Shown: positions 41,090 through 54,599, counted from the whole stretch's first letter. The stretch: DNA of 63,552 nt, filler included, from Conidiobolus incongruus B7586 (GCA_000697335.1; 17 parts of 17 records of this genome joined end to end with filler, not necessarily neighbours in it), one strand, 5' to 3'. Numbers and translations are program-made. The notes: a model not told the origin generated them from the sequence alone.

Positions 41090-42040
41090 TTATCTTATGA
41101 TAAATCCTGAATATTTTATCACTATATCAAATATTCAAGTAAACTGGAAATATACAATTGAATTCGGGTTCAGTATCCGATTGTGATCTGGTATCAATAT
41201 ATAAAGTTTTCAAGTGGGATACTTGTTCAATAAATAAATTTTTTAGATGCTTGTTGGTTTCATCAATTAAAATGTATAATTCGTCCCAGGTAAATGACTT
41301 TTAAACTCTGTAATTAGTCGCTGGAAATTGTATTAAAGATTTCAAAATGAATTATTCTAATATTAGGTAATAAGAGTACAAAATAGGCGTCAAATAATAT
41401 TCCATTGGAATGTGCTACCTCGCACAAGTGAAGTGTGACTACATTGTGAAACAAATGTTGGATCACTTGATAATTTTATTTTTAGCTTGCGACTGAATCT
41501 TGCAAAGCATAACTCTTTAAGAATTAAAAGAGGAGCTAGGCTCATTAGATTGTGATCATTTCAGAATATAATTATGCTTCGATCGGTCCGTTGGCAGAAT
41601 GATCACTAGTAGAGAGCTAAATATTGTCATTGGGTAGTGTATTTGGTAGGTGTGTAACTAGTCGAGAATTGTTGCTATATGAATCGCGTTCAGTATATAA
41701 GAATAATTCAAGGGATTTCAATGCTTTTATCTCTGCATAGTATTTTAATATAACAAAAAAAATCGAGAATTGTTTTTTGCATCTAGTTCTGAGTTTTAAC
41801 TCAGTGAGGCCTTTAATAATGTTACGAAATCTAATGAATATATTATAGTTTTAAGCTATTCAAAGTGGTCAGTTTTTCTAACAAATGAATGATTTGTTCC
41901 TAGCACTCATTATTATAATCGTCATAAAAATATAGATTGAAGAAGTTTGTATAATTGATGAGTTTCCAAGCTGATAGTACATTGATTAAAAAATCTACAA
42001 GGAGTCATGATATACTCCAAATAATTTTTTTAATATTAGG
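41090..42040 (-). pseudogene. Decayed paralogue of the neighbouring F-box-type gene
   Basis: The broken minus-strand reading MSLAPLLILKELCFARFS...FQWNII..LLLPNIRII matches MCLTPLLSLKELLFSRLS...FQWKSFIPLLFPKVRLII at ~43300-43470. Boundaries are approximate. Confidence 0.45.
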
Positions 42041-43039
42041 GTTTTAAAGTCGTTTCTTTTATCACGTCATGATTTGAATTATTAATACTCATCAATTTTA
42101 TTAAAGGCGCAGGTTTGTCAAATAAACCAATATTTTCTCTTCATTTGATTTATTGTATATAATAATATTAATTAATTGATTGGCATCATTGTCTATTGAT
42201 TAATGTGAATGATTGTAAAAAATATTAATATGTATATAACGGAATTTTTACAATAATTTTCTTTGATAAATTGGCCTAAGTCATAAGTATTTAACTATCA
42301 ATCAAACTCAATATATTAATTGAATAAGTTATTTCAAATACTAAAGAGGTCTGGAAATGATGGCAAATACAAAAAATACTATGATAGATAAATAATTGTA
42401 TGTAACATTGAATCGAGTTTTCATACTTGTGGTATAAATCAAAGTACTATAACTTTTATTTTATTATACATTAAAATTATGGGCATTGGACTAATTAGTC
42501 TATAAAATTAATAAAATTTTTAGGAATCTATCTGAATTATATTATTATCTTAATAATCATGAAATATAGCAAATGATGTAAAAATTGCAAATATATTTAT
42601 ATACTAGTATAATTTAAAACCCAATCAAGAATATGATTCATAATAATTCGATTTGAAACATTCAATATTTCTTATAGTATTTATAGATCATATATTGCTT
42701 TAATTTTATATAATAAAATCTTCAAAAAAGTATTTACTTTGTTTATTATAGCTCATATCCAATTCTTAGTTTTAACGGCTGAGAAATAATTTTATTTCAA
42801 ATGGCTTTAATAATATCAACTATCAGCATTCTTTTATTAAAAACAAAAAATTCATAAAATATAACGCTAATAAAAATAATTTACATGGATTTATCAGATA
42901 TTAAATCAATTAAAATATTAGTAAGAGCAATTGTAATATATAGATCATAATCAGAGATATTTTGAGTGAAAAGAATATAGTTTTGATATAAATAATTATA
43001 ATGGAAATATGTAATATGATCTGCTAAGTTTTATTCAAT

Positions 43040-44470
43040 TGAATTATATTTAAAATTCTAAAATCAAAAGTTATTTCATATTATTATCTGAACAGGTTTT
43101 TAAATAATCTATATTCAATTCAACTTTATAATTCATTGTGTGAATATATCCATTATTAAATTGGATAATCAAAATGAGTGAATTGTACAGTTAATTGTTA
43201 TATTCATTAATTGAAATGTATAATTTCTCACAATATAGTAGATCATCATATATTGAGATAAATCTCTGTAAATTGTATTTCAGATTTTCGAAATTATTAA
43301 CCTGACCTTAGGAAATAGTAATGGGATAAAAGACTTCCATTGAAATCACTTTTGATGCATTTATAATATTAGATAGGTTCAAGTAACTATATTCAGAAAT
43401 ACGTGCTGAATCACTTGATAATCTTGAAAAGAGTAATTCTTTAAGGGATAGAAGAGGAGTTAGGCACATTGAATTGGAATAATTCGGAATAGTTAAAGGT
43501 GAATTATAGCTTATCTCAGACTAATTAGGGTGATGTTGAATAACATATGTGGTCAAATGGATATCAATGACAAAAAAACTAAGCTAGGATCAGTCAGCCC
43601 ATTTGTGTAAATGTGAGTTAATAGGTTTATAAAATAAATCACAAGTTGATTAGCTGGAAGACTACCAAAAATGCCATTCCAAGCTTTTTAAAATTAGTAA
43701 AATGGTGATTAGAAAATGAGTTGATAAGCTATGAGGTAAAATACTGTGCAGGCGGCCCTTAGTAATCCGAATAGCAAAAAATGCAGAGATGAAAGTGCTT
43801 TAATTTGAGAGTTGTCTAGTAAATATTGGTAATTGATATAGATGATCTGTTTGTGAGTATATAAATTCCTGCTCAGTATATTAAATCCAATAACCAATTT
43901 TTTAATGCTTTATAGTTGACCAAAATTATCGATACGTGGTTTGTATCACACCAAAGTCTCCATTGATGAATTTGGAGTTCTGGCGATATATTCTACAATG
44001 ATAAATAAAACTGATATAATGAAATATTGTATTTCTCAAATTGCTTTAGTTGCGATATAAATTGAAAGACTTGGTTCCATTCATGTTTACCGATATCGGT
44101 GTTAGTTTCAGAATCTATCAATAAAATAGATTTAATTATTTTACAACTTGACAGCACCTTAGATAAAGTATTCAAGGATCCTCCTACTTCATTCCACCAC
44201 TCTATCTTTTTGATACTAATTGAATGATTTCTAAAATTCTATCCAAGTTCCAAAAATTAAAATCTAGTAAGCTAATTAGAGACTCGTTTTGTTGAAAGGT
44301 GTTAATCAAATTATTATCATTACATCGATCTACAGAATATAATATGAATTGATAGATCGACTTACTCCAATTCTTACTAATTAATTGGATTGAAGGATAT
44401 AAACATACATTGGTGTATTCAGTGATTTTGAGAATAATTTTTTAGGTTGATTAACCCAAGTTAAGGCTTT
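43040..44470 (-). pseudogene. F-box domain protein pseudogene
   Basis: The N-terminal TWVNQPK(fs)IILKITEYTNVCLYPSIQLISKNWSKSIYQFILYS fits the F-box pattern LP-x-x-I-x-x-x-I-x-x-Y...V/I-S-K-x-W. It is followed by leucine-rich segments broken by stops and frameshifts. ORF-track fragments 43993-44175 and 43709-43897 belong to it. Confidence 0.55.
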
Positions 44471-44624
44471 TTTATCCTCCTTATAATAAATTATTATTAA
44501 TTAATTTAGATAAATAAAATAAGATTGATTTGATGGGAATCCGAATAGAAAAAATGAATGCATATTGTTAATAATGCCAATATGATACTCGAAATATAAT
44601 AATAGTGTGATCTATTAACTACTC

Positions 44625-44875
44625 AATCTAGCTGGATGAAGAAGGTTCTTATTAGACCTAAGGACGAATAAAAGTGATATTTTGCAGAATATATTGATCT
44701 GTGATTTGGGGGATCCACCCAAAAGATACGGTTCCAGAGTTAAGAGGTTTTGTTTGTATTGGGAGTTATTAGGGATAAAGTAATAACAGTATACTCAAGA
44801 GTGGGAGGGGATTGTAAATGGTATTATGGGGTATGGAATGGTGTTAGCAGTTTAAGGACTTACCAAGGTCCTTGC
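44625..44875 (-). pseudogene. Decayed coding remnant of unknown family, paralogous to 8300-8545
   Basis: The minus strand reads SFGWIPQITDQYILQNITLFVLRSNKNLLHPARL. It is a locally GC-richer island. Confidence 0.5.
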
Positions 44876-45325
44876 TCAATTTAGTTACTGATTCACTGAT
44901 ATTTATGATACAATATTTGTATCTAAAATATGTGTCCTTAATTTATGAACATTTTGCTACATGCAGAGCATGCTAGTGATATTGTATATTAATTATTAGT
45001 TGCTAAAGTTTGTAGGTTTGTTATTTTGGTCGACTCAGCAGTGCTGTTATATTTTATTAAAAATCTATCAAACTACATATGCAGTTAAAATAAAAGATTA
45101 TAGGCTTGTAAATAGAAATTAGTAACAAACTAACAATTGAATTGAAGATTTTATTTAAATGATGTTATTAAAGTAGATGAGGATAACAGTGAAAATTTAA
45201 GAGATAAGGAAATAAAAAAAATTAGTAGTGTGATTATAATATGTATTTGAATATTTGATAAGATATTTATAAAATTTAATCAGATTTATTTGATAATATT
45301 CCATATTCCATTTTCATAGAATTAA

Positions 45326-45396
45326 GCAATGGTGGTTTAGTGGTATAATTACCGCCTGCCACGCGGTAGACCGGGGTTCGATTCCCCGCCATTGCA
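45326..45396 (+). tRNA. tRNA-Gly(GCC)
   Basis: GCAATGG/CCATTGC acceptor stem, ACCGC-CTGCCAC-GCGGT anticodon arm, GTTCGATTC T-loop, and a TTTTTT terminator at 45401-45406. Confidence 0.96.
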
Positions 45397-45849
45397 GCTA
45401 TTTTTTCTTTAATTGTCTTTTGCATCTTGTTTTTTCTTTCTAGTTCATATACTTTTGATATAAGAATTTAATATTTACAATATTAATCTTTTTTCAAATT
45501 TGAAATTAATATCTTATATATTATATGTTTATTTCTTATTAATTTTAATAATAATAGCTAATATATATAATATATTATTATTTATATTTAAATCAAATTT
45601 ATATTTAAATTAAGTAAATATTTGATTTTAATCTCTTGGTTATTATTATTAAACAGAATTGATAATATTATACCATATTGTTTTAATATTCTAATTTATA
45701 AAAATCAAACTTTATTTGATAAATATAATTAATATTAATATTATTATATNNNNNNNNNNNNNNNNNNNNNNNNNNNNNNNNNNNNNNNNNNNNTTAATTA
45801 ATTAANNNNNNNNNNNNNNNNNNNNNNNNNNNNNNNNNNNNNNNNNNNN

Positions 45850-47177
45850 AAACCTATATATATATTTTTTTCTTTTGTTATATTATATATATTATAACAC
45901 TATTATGTTAATATTTTAAAATTAATATTATAATATTTAAATCTCTCTTTAAAAAAGTTTACTTATATATTAATTAACTTTATAATAAAAATAAATCAAC
46001 TTGTAAGATTATTAGAATTACTAGTGTTAGCTAATCTATTATAGCTAGGGTTATTAAGAATAATTCTAAAAAAACACCTAAACTAAAACTTAAGCATATT
46101 AAAATTATAGATAAATATGATAAAAAGTATATTTATAGATTAGTTAATATATGTAAATATAATACTACTATAAAAATATAACAAGAATTATAAAATTATA
46201 CAATAATATTAGTTACTACTGATACTATTATATTTGTTTTATATTAGAATAGATACTGCTTATACTTTAAGAAAAAACACCCCTAATTAAAAAAGTTTTA
46301 CTATAAAGTTAGGTGGGAGTTTAAATGTCAATACTAAAGTTAAACTAAAATTAACTAGAGTAAAGTTATTTAGTCTAATAAAACAAAGATATATTTTAAT
46401 AAATCAATAGAAACACTAGATATTTCAAAAAATATAAAAAACTACTTTATCACCATTATATTATTATAACCCAAAAATATAATAATAGGTTAATTATAGT
46501 TTAAGGATATATGTTATTTTTAGGTATAGGGTATTTTTATAAAGTTAGTAAAGGAATTAATGCTAAGATATATTAAAATATTTTAAACAATAAATTGAAA
46601 AAATTATTAAGTTATATAGATTAAAAAAATCAAATATTATTTTCTAACAAAATAATCCACCTTGTTATACTACAAATTCTATTATTAAATAGCTTAAAAA
46701 TAACAAAATAATTATTATGAAATAGCCTCCTTAATCTCCTAATCTTAACCTAATTAAATATCTTTAGGATCAATTAAAAAAATTGATTAAAGCTTTCCCA
46801 CTAGCAAAAAATTTAAATCAACTTTAAGAGTATATTCAAGAAACTTAGAATAATATTAGTTTTGCTTAATATAAGAAGTTAGTTAACTTTATATCCTATA
46901 AACTTAAAAAAGTTAGAAAAACAAAAGGTAGATATACTAAATATTAATTTTTCTATTAATACTAAAACCTACAAATCTATAACCTACTTTAAATATACTT
47001 TTAGTTTAAATATATCAATTAATAATTAATTAAACTTAACTCTATATACTATATTATAAATAAAAAATATATATTAATTACATAATTTAATATAAGTTTA
47101 TTTAAATTAAAGTTGATTAAGATATTAATAGAAATATATATATTTTTAATTTTATGACTTATTTTTATAGGTTAGTG
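45850..47177 (+). mobile_element. Tc1-family (DD34E) relic, best-preserved transposase
   Basis: N*SKVI*SNKTKI (DWSKVIWSDETKI), IIV*GYM (IMVWGCM), IIF*QNNPPCYT (IIFQQDNxPCHT), K*PP*SPNLNLIKYL*DQLK (WPPQSPDLNPIEHLWDQLK), KTKGRYTKY*. There are 34 codons between the second D and the E. The right TIR ends at 47177. Confidence 0.9.
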
Positions 47178-47524
47178 TATATTTAAGAAGCATATAACAA
47201 GATTAACCCTTTTAAGTTAAAGAATTTAGTTAATTTTATACCCTATAAACTTAAAGAAGTTAGAGAAGTTAAAGATAGATATATTAAGTTTTAATTTGTT
47301 TTATTACCAAAAATTTACAAATTGATAACTTATTTTAAATATAATTTAAAAGTTTATATTTTAGTTAATTAATAATGAAATATTATCATTTAATAATATA
47401 TATTGTTAATTTGTATATTAGATTTTAATTTTTTAATTTAGGTTTTTTTTTATTAGATATCAATTAAGTTATTAGTAAAAATATAAATGTTTTTGATTTT
47501 ATGACTCATTTTTTCAAGTTAGTG
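47178..47524 (+). mobile_element. 3' part of an older Tc1 copy that was the target of the 45850-47177 insertion
   Basis: Resumes mid-transposase at TATTTAAGAAGCAT (compare 23002-23015) and ends in a second right TIR, TTTATGACTCATTTTTTCAAGTTAGTG. Confidence 0.8.
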
Positions 47525-50500
47525 TATATATTATTTATAATATTCTATTTAATTATTAAATTTAAATTTTTAAAATTTAATTTAATAATATATAGTATAA
47601 ATTATATAAATAAACTTTATCTATTAATATAAGCTTTTTTAAATATATTATTTGATATTAGAAAATTTTTATAATTATANNNNNNNNNNNNNNNNNNNNN
47701 NNNNNNNNNNNNNNNNNNNNNNNTTAATTAATTAANNNNNNNNNNNNNNNNNNNNNNNNNNNNNNNNNNNNNNNNNNNNACTTCAAAGATATTCAATTAT
47801 ATTACTTATTATATTCTTATATTAAAACTATTATTCAAAATAAAATTAAAATATTTAGCATCATTATGATTTAAGCTATAATAAAATTTAACATCTTTTA
47901 AGAAAAATTCGATTCATATTTGAAATTAAATGATAATAATAATATTAATAAAATATTATAATTTTGAAAAACAATTGAAGTATAAATAATTTGGTAAAGT
48001 TTATCTTCTCACCTAAAATAAAATATTAAATTATATTTTTTAAATTATAAATTATAATATAGTTATTAAAAATTTTAAGATTTTTTATTTTATATAAGGA
48101 ATAAAAAATAATAAATATATTATATTAAATATATTAGCAATTAAAAAATATAATCAAAAACTTCAATTTTCAATTAAATAAAAGATAATATTTATTAGTT
48201 TATATTAAACAAATCAAATTAAAAGATTAATAGAGGATAAACTTTAAATTTACTAAATTATTGAATATTTTAAAAATAAAGTTTGTTTTAATATTATTTA
48301 AGTTTAAAGTATAATATAAAATATTATATATAATATTATAATGTTTTGATATTTTTTTGAGGAATTTTTTTATTAAATAATAATATAAAACTATTGTTAC
48401 AGGTAAATAATAGTTCATAAAATTCGTATTAATTATAATATAATCTATTTTCGTATCAATAGTTAAATAATATAATCATTTATAAAGGGAGAGAAAAAAA
48501 GATAGACTTTAGTAAAGTTAGTTTATTAATAAACTTTTCTTAATTTAGATTCTTTAATATTTTAACTTTATCTAATTAGTTTAATAAACCTAATAATAAA
48601 ATAATATATCGTAGTAAGGATATTATATTCCTTTTGATTTTTTATTAGTTTTAATATTTTCATTTGGTCTTTTATCTTAGTAGTTTTTGTTTTATATTTA
48701 TATTTTCTTTTGTTTCTTAATTTTACCAGTTTTATCCTTTGCTTTTTATATTTTTCTTAATTTCCAAATATTATAACCTATAATAATTTTTTTAGAAGAA
48801 TTTACTTATTTTTCAGATATAATTACTTAACAGCTATAATTTATTATATTAAGGACTTAATTAATAAAAATAACAATATAATTAAACTTTTCATTAAATT
48901 AGATTATTTGAATCAAGTTTATATATTTTAATTATTGATAAACCTATATAATTCTTTTTTTACTTTTTAAAGACTAAATGATTTGAATTATAATTAATCT
49001 TTAATTTAAATGGTCTTNNNNNNNNNNNNNNNNNNNNNNNNNNNNNNNNNNNNNNNNNNNNTTAATTAATTAANNNNNNNNNNNNNNNNNNNNNNNNNNN
49101 NNNNNNNNNNNNNNNNNAAAATTAAAATTTTAAATTGACTTTATAATTAAACTATTATTATTATTAAAATAAAAAAAATTTATTATTAATAATATTATAA
49201 AATGTAACAAGTTATATATTATATTTTAGTGGTATCAGATATTATAATTAAAATCAAATTAAAATGGAAAAACAAAAATTAACTAGATCATTCAATTAAT
49301 ATATTAATATAATTTAAATGAAATAGACTAGAATTTGTGGATAATACAATTGGAATTTTAAATAACTAATTTTAGTAATATCGCGATAAAATATTATTAT
49401 TAAATATAATAAAGATTAATTTTCAATAATAAAAAGCTAGATGCACAATTAATAAAAAAAATAAAGTTTCCTTAAGTAGTAATATCTTTAGGTAAACAAC
49501 AAATGTTATTATTTAGAAATGGTATATAGTTCAGGAGCTTAAACCAAATATTGGGAAGATTAAAGTATAATTGAAAAATTTTTGAATTTTGATAATTTTA
49601 TTAAAGCTCTCATTATATTCAGTATATTGATAAAAAGTAATATGATTCTCTAGTTACCAAAAATAGTTATATTATGGCCTGAGTATTCTTAATTAGTAAT
49701 AAATCAAAATAACATATTCAGAAAAAAGAGTTAAAATGTAATAAACTGGTTGGGGGTCGAGTATTCAAATTAAATTAATCATAACAAATGGGTTGTGATA
49801 CGTTATATATACACGAAATTCCCATAGTTAGATCCACATTTCAAATCGAGACAAAGTTCTAATTAAAGTCACAACTTGTTTTTTGACTCTTTTAATTTAC
49901 ACTGATTATTTTTTCATTAAAGCAAAATGGAACTATAACCATAAAAGGCGATATTGATGATGAAAACATGATTTTAATATATTTGATTTTTAAACATACA
50001 CTGTCCACTATAATTTTATGATTGGTCTTGGGACAAGTTTAATTCATTGCTGATATCAAATGATTCAACTTAAATTTTAAAACAATTAAAAATAAATAAA
50101 TAGATAGAGATTGAATTACAAGTTATCTAATTGTTATTAATTTTATTATGTTATATATATCTTTAATATCAATTTTCAAATTTTGAGATAATTTATCTCA
50201 AAATCATACTCTAAAAATTTTTATTATTTCAATTTTGCATACATTATAAAATATTGATATGCTAAAGGTTTAATAATAAGCTTAAATAATCTAATGTTGT
50301 AGGTATCTATCATTAAATTAATATATATTTAAAGAAAATAATAACAATATTTGATTTCATATTTCAGAAACTTTGATAATATATATAAGATATAGCAATG
50401 ATTTCATTATTTTTATTTTAAATAATTTGTTATTGTAATTTATCCGATGTTTTAATTTGGTAATTCGAAAAATATATATATATTAAATTTGTAAAATAAT

Positions 50501-51192
50501 ATTGGTGAGAGAATATTGTGAGTAGGCCCGCTGGAATATCATTAAAACCGTCAATGGATTCATAAATATCAATAGATATTTGAATATTGGTATTATTCAA
50601 TTATTGGAAAATAGCTGAATATAAATAGAAGGGTAAAAATAAATAAAGTTTATGATTATATGATATTTTATCACTAATATATCATAAGGAGAATACTAAA
50701 CAATTTATTACTCAATCAAGATATAAAGTGAGGAAACCATGCGCTGTATATTAAATTATGTGTTTATAGTGATAATGATTTAATAATTATTTATTAATTC
50801 ATCAAACTTGATATTTTCATAAAATATCATTAGTATATTGTGGATATTTTTCATTCGTGAATTTTACTAAAATTAGGCTTATTGAAAATTTTTTTTTAAT
50901 TTTGAGTTTATAATTACTAATTATTAATTAACCAGAATTTCTATTAAAATTTACTATATTAATTAATGATATTATATCATTTTTATGTTGTTTAGCTAAT
51001 GTATATATATTAAATTTTAGAGACTGGCAATTAAAATCAAAGTGGATTATACCGAGTGGATCAGAGAAGTGATGATAATACGATGACTGTTACTGATAAT
51101 AGCCGATTGGTGGAATAGGAGTAAGTTGTGTATAAGTATTTTTAATAAATTATTTATTTATAATATACAGTATAATTTGGAGCAATTTACAA

Positions 51193-52161
51193 TTATATGA
51201 CTTTAAATGAGGTTAATAAATAATTCACAATATTCAGGTCTGTGTTATCTAATCGAATAGAAGGGCTTGAGAGGTTAGACCAAAGTTGCTGTTGATATTG
51301 TTGGATAGACATATTATAAGAACTTAAAACAGGAGTAGAATAATTAGGAAGGAAGTAAAGAGACAAAAAGCAAAGACAGTCAATTAAATGCTGGAATCCA
51401 TGATGGTTACGACCATCGTATGATTTTAAGGTGGATATAAAACTTTCTTCCGATACAAGTGGATGCGAAACATGTAGATAATTGAAATACAGCTGAAGGA
51501 GCTGGACTTGAAGCTGGGGAATAGGTGGCATAGGGTTGTTTAAATAAAGTGTAGATAGGATTTGGCTTATGGATTGGGGTGAATATGTCGGCGAAAGAGG
51601 GCCAGAAGGGTCTTCTGATGAAATCATGGCATTAATGGTGGGATATATAGCACCTTGGTCAAATTTGGTAATAGGGGTGATGGTTGAACTATTAATACAG
51701 GATGATGCAAAGGTTACAATAGGATAACTTGGAGAAAGTGATGGTTGGCTATAAAACGGAGCTAAAGAAGTTGTGATCGGAAGGGGAGGTGGTAAGGAGA
51801 TCGAGGGTTGAAGAGAGCCAAGTTGGTCGTATGAAGAGGCTGGAGAAACATTCGGAGGAATGCGTGATTTGGTCTTAGGCCCACGTTTTTTGGAAGGAGA
51901 ATCAAATGAGCACCTAGAATTGCGCTTTATACATTGAGAACAAGACAAGTTCCCATCACATTTTGTTTTGCGAACTTTGCATTCGTCGCAAGCTTTCGAA
52001 ATTCTTGTTGCTCCTTTGGGGCGATTTTGGACACGTCTGGTGGGTTTGGTGGCAAGGACGGTTGATGTGGAGGAAAGGTTCATATTTGGTTGGAACCCGA
52101 TGTCGGGTAAACCTAACGTGGGTTGAGCTAGTGTTTTGGAGGAAATAAAAGAACCAAGCAT
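51193..52161 (-). CDS. Zn(II)2Cys6 (Gal4-type) fungal transcription factor
   Basis: ACDECKVRKTKCDGNLSCSQCIKRNSRC binuclear cluster followed by KKRGPK and a Pro/Ser-rich linker. LLQLYFNYLHVSHPLVSEESF marks the start of the fungal-specific middle homology region. Intact 322-aa ORF. Confidence 0.95.
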   Translation of the reverse strand: MLGSFISSKTLAQPTLGLPDIGFQPNMNLSSTSTVLATKPTRRVQNRPKGATRISKACDECKVRKTKCDGNLSCSQCIKRNSRCSFDSPSKKRGPKTKSRIPPNVSPASSYDQLGSLQPSISLPPPLPITTSLAPFYSQPSLSPSYPIVTFASSCINSSTITPITKFDQGAIYPTINAMISSEDPSGPLSPTYSPQSISQILSTLYLNNPMPPIPQLQVQLLQLYFNYLHVSHPLVSEESFISTLKSYDGRNHHGFQHLIDCLCFLSLYFLPNYSTPVLSSYNMSIQQYQQQLWSNLSSPSIRLDNTDLNIVNYLLTSFKVI

Positions 52162-54599
52162 GTTTGATTGAGCAATTATTTATATACGAGAATAATATCA
52201 CAGATGGTAAATTGCAGATGATTTATCCGAAGTTAATTTTGAGTTTGATTTGGAATGACAGTAAATAGAGCAATTAGATAGAGTATATATATATATTAAA
52301 GATATATATATATATATATATATGTTGAGTTGAATCAATAATACTCAATGTAATTTGATGAAGAAGCTTGAGATGAAGTAATGTTAATGTGATGCTAATC
52401 TGCTGATGAAGGAATATGCTGCCTTTATAATCTGAAAAAACTGGTTGACCAATAAAAATATCCTTCCACCCACCCACTCCCAATTTGGTAACATGACTTT
52501 GCTGGATGGATGTGTAGAAAGTCAATTCTATAACTATAATTAAGATTGAGACAAGTTGGATGGAACAACTTGAACATTTGTATTTGATCGAACAGCAGCA
52601 GGTAATATAATTGGTTTATATTTATCACTTTTCCAATTCAGAACATATCGCTTCGTTTGCACCAAAAATAATTGAAACACACTTTGATCCAATGAGAAAA
52701 CATTTATTCTATATCAAGTGACAAATTAACAGGTTTATCGGATCCTATCTTGGAGAATAGATTTTAGGAGAAAGAATAAATAAAGTTGAGGGTTAATGCA
52801 TTACTCATACCCCATATTATTTTTTTAAGTCGTCCCGAACAAAAGGTAGAGGTCCTTTACCAAGGTGCATAGTGGACTTGAACTATACGAGGTTGAATTT
52901 TGGTGGATACAGTTTAATGATTTGGACTGTATAGAATATATAATATTATTTTACCACTTGAATTATACTTCTTTTCTCTTTAATATCGGACCCATTAACA
53001 AATATATCGATTCAAGAGCGTGATGATAAATTTTTGATTCATATTCTTAGTGTTATAATTAAAATATTTTAATCAATTAGTTGCTATTGAATAAATGAAG
53101 TAATATATATTCACTACAATCTCTTTCAATATTTAGTTATCCAAGGCTATAATCATAGTTAATCAATTTAATTTATTTAGATGTTTTTATCCTAACTTCA
53201 ATGCATTCTAATTTATGCCAAATATTTTATTTAATTATTTTTTTAATTCTATTTATAAAACTCAAATTTTACAATTATTAATCTTTTTCAGCTCTATTAT
53301 ACACATTAAATTCCACATTATATTGGTATATACAAAGTTAAAGAAATATCGGGCGATTTATATTAATAAATTTATTCTATATATAATTTACCTGTACTTT
53401 TATTTTAACTCTTATTCAAAAATATTCTCTTTCAGATGAGGTATACTGTTTCAAAATGACATTAATAATTTTATTTGTTTTATCATATTTTTTTAATTAA
53501 GTTTCTAAATAATTTTAGAATATAATAAAGAAATAGGTTAAATAAATTGATCCTTAGTTAACTAATTCTATTATACTATATATAGTATTTCAATTTCTAA
53601 ATAATAATTATCATAATACTGTTATTATTAGAAATATTAGATTATGAGAAATATTTTTGAAAGTTTTGAGAATTAGTATAATTAAATTATGGAATAAACT
53701 ATTAACCCCAATTTATTAAACTCAGACTAAATTTTATATAATAATTGAATATATGTTATTTTATTAATAGAATATATATTAATTCAATCATAAGCCTTTA
53801 ATCTAATCAAGTTATCTTGTAATTAAACTTGTTATTAAAATTAACCAAATCTTAATAAAAATAAATAAAAAATTTTTATTCATATTATTATTTATCTTAT
53901 AATGAATTTTTTATAATAAGTAATATCAAAGACAAACCAATATATAATCTTCAATAGTTAATTATAATTATCATTTATTTAAAAATCAAAAATATATAAA
54001 AAATATTAATTTATATTATCTAAAAAAATTGAAAAATATATATATAATATTTAATATTTAATTTATTTTATTATAAATATATTTGATATAATGAATATTT
54101 ATAATATTTTTTATAATATTAATTTTTGAAAAAAATAAAAATTAAATATAAAGTTTCAAATCATAATTAAAATAAATTAAATTTTAGGATATATATATAT
54201 AATACTAAATTTGATACAAATATATATAATTTCTATATCAAAGTTCTATAGTATTAATAATATTTAAATATCCAATTTTTATTAAAAAATTCTAAAACAA
54301 AAATTGGCAAATTATTAATATATATATATTAAGTATAATTTTTTAAAATTTATATTATATAATATTTTTAATAATTCCTTATATTAATAAAGTTTTATAA
54401 TTAGAGTTAAATATAACAAAATTGGTGGCATTTCATTAGGTTTAAAGATATTAATTTATTTTTAATAATTTTAAATCAAATAAAATAAATATTGCATAAG
54501 ATCTTATAAAATAAAAGAAACAGGTTTTATTTCTATATTCAATATATAAACTGTTGTGATTTTGAGGATTTTATATTATTAAAGATTTTCATAATGGAA

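Noticed and set aside
48227..48418. 63-aa ORF
   Set aside because: I/K/N/Y/L-dominated composition typical of chance ORFs in AT-saturated DNA.
51956..53439. Short ORFs at 51956-52201, 51963-52148, 52274-52525, 52425-52628 and 53215-53439
   Set aside because: They overlap the transcription factor or its upstream region, mostly lack an ATG start or are low-complexity, and show no recognisable motifs.
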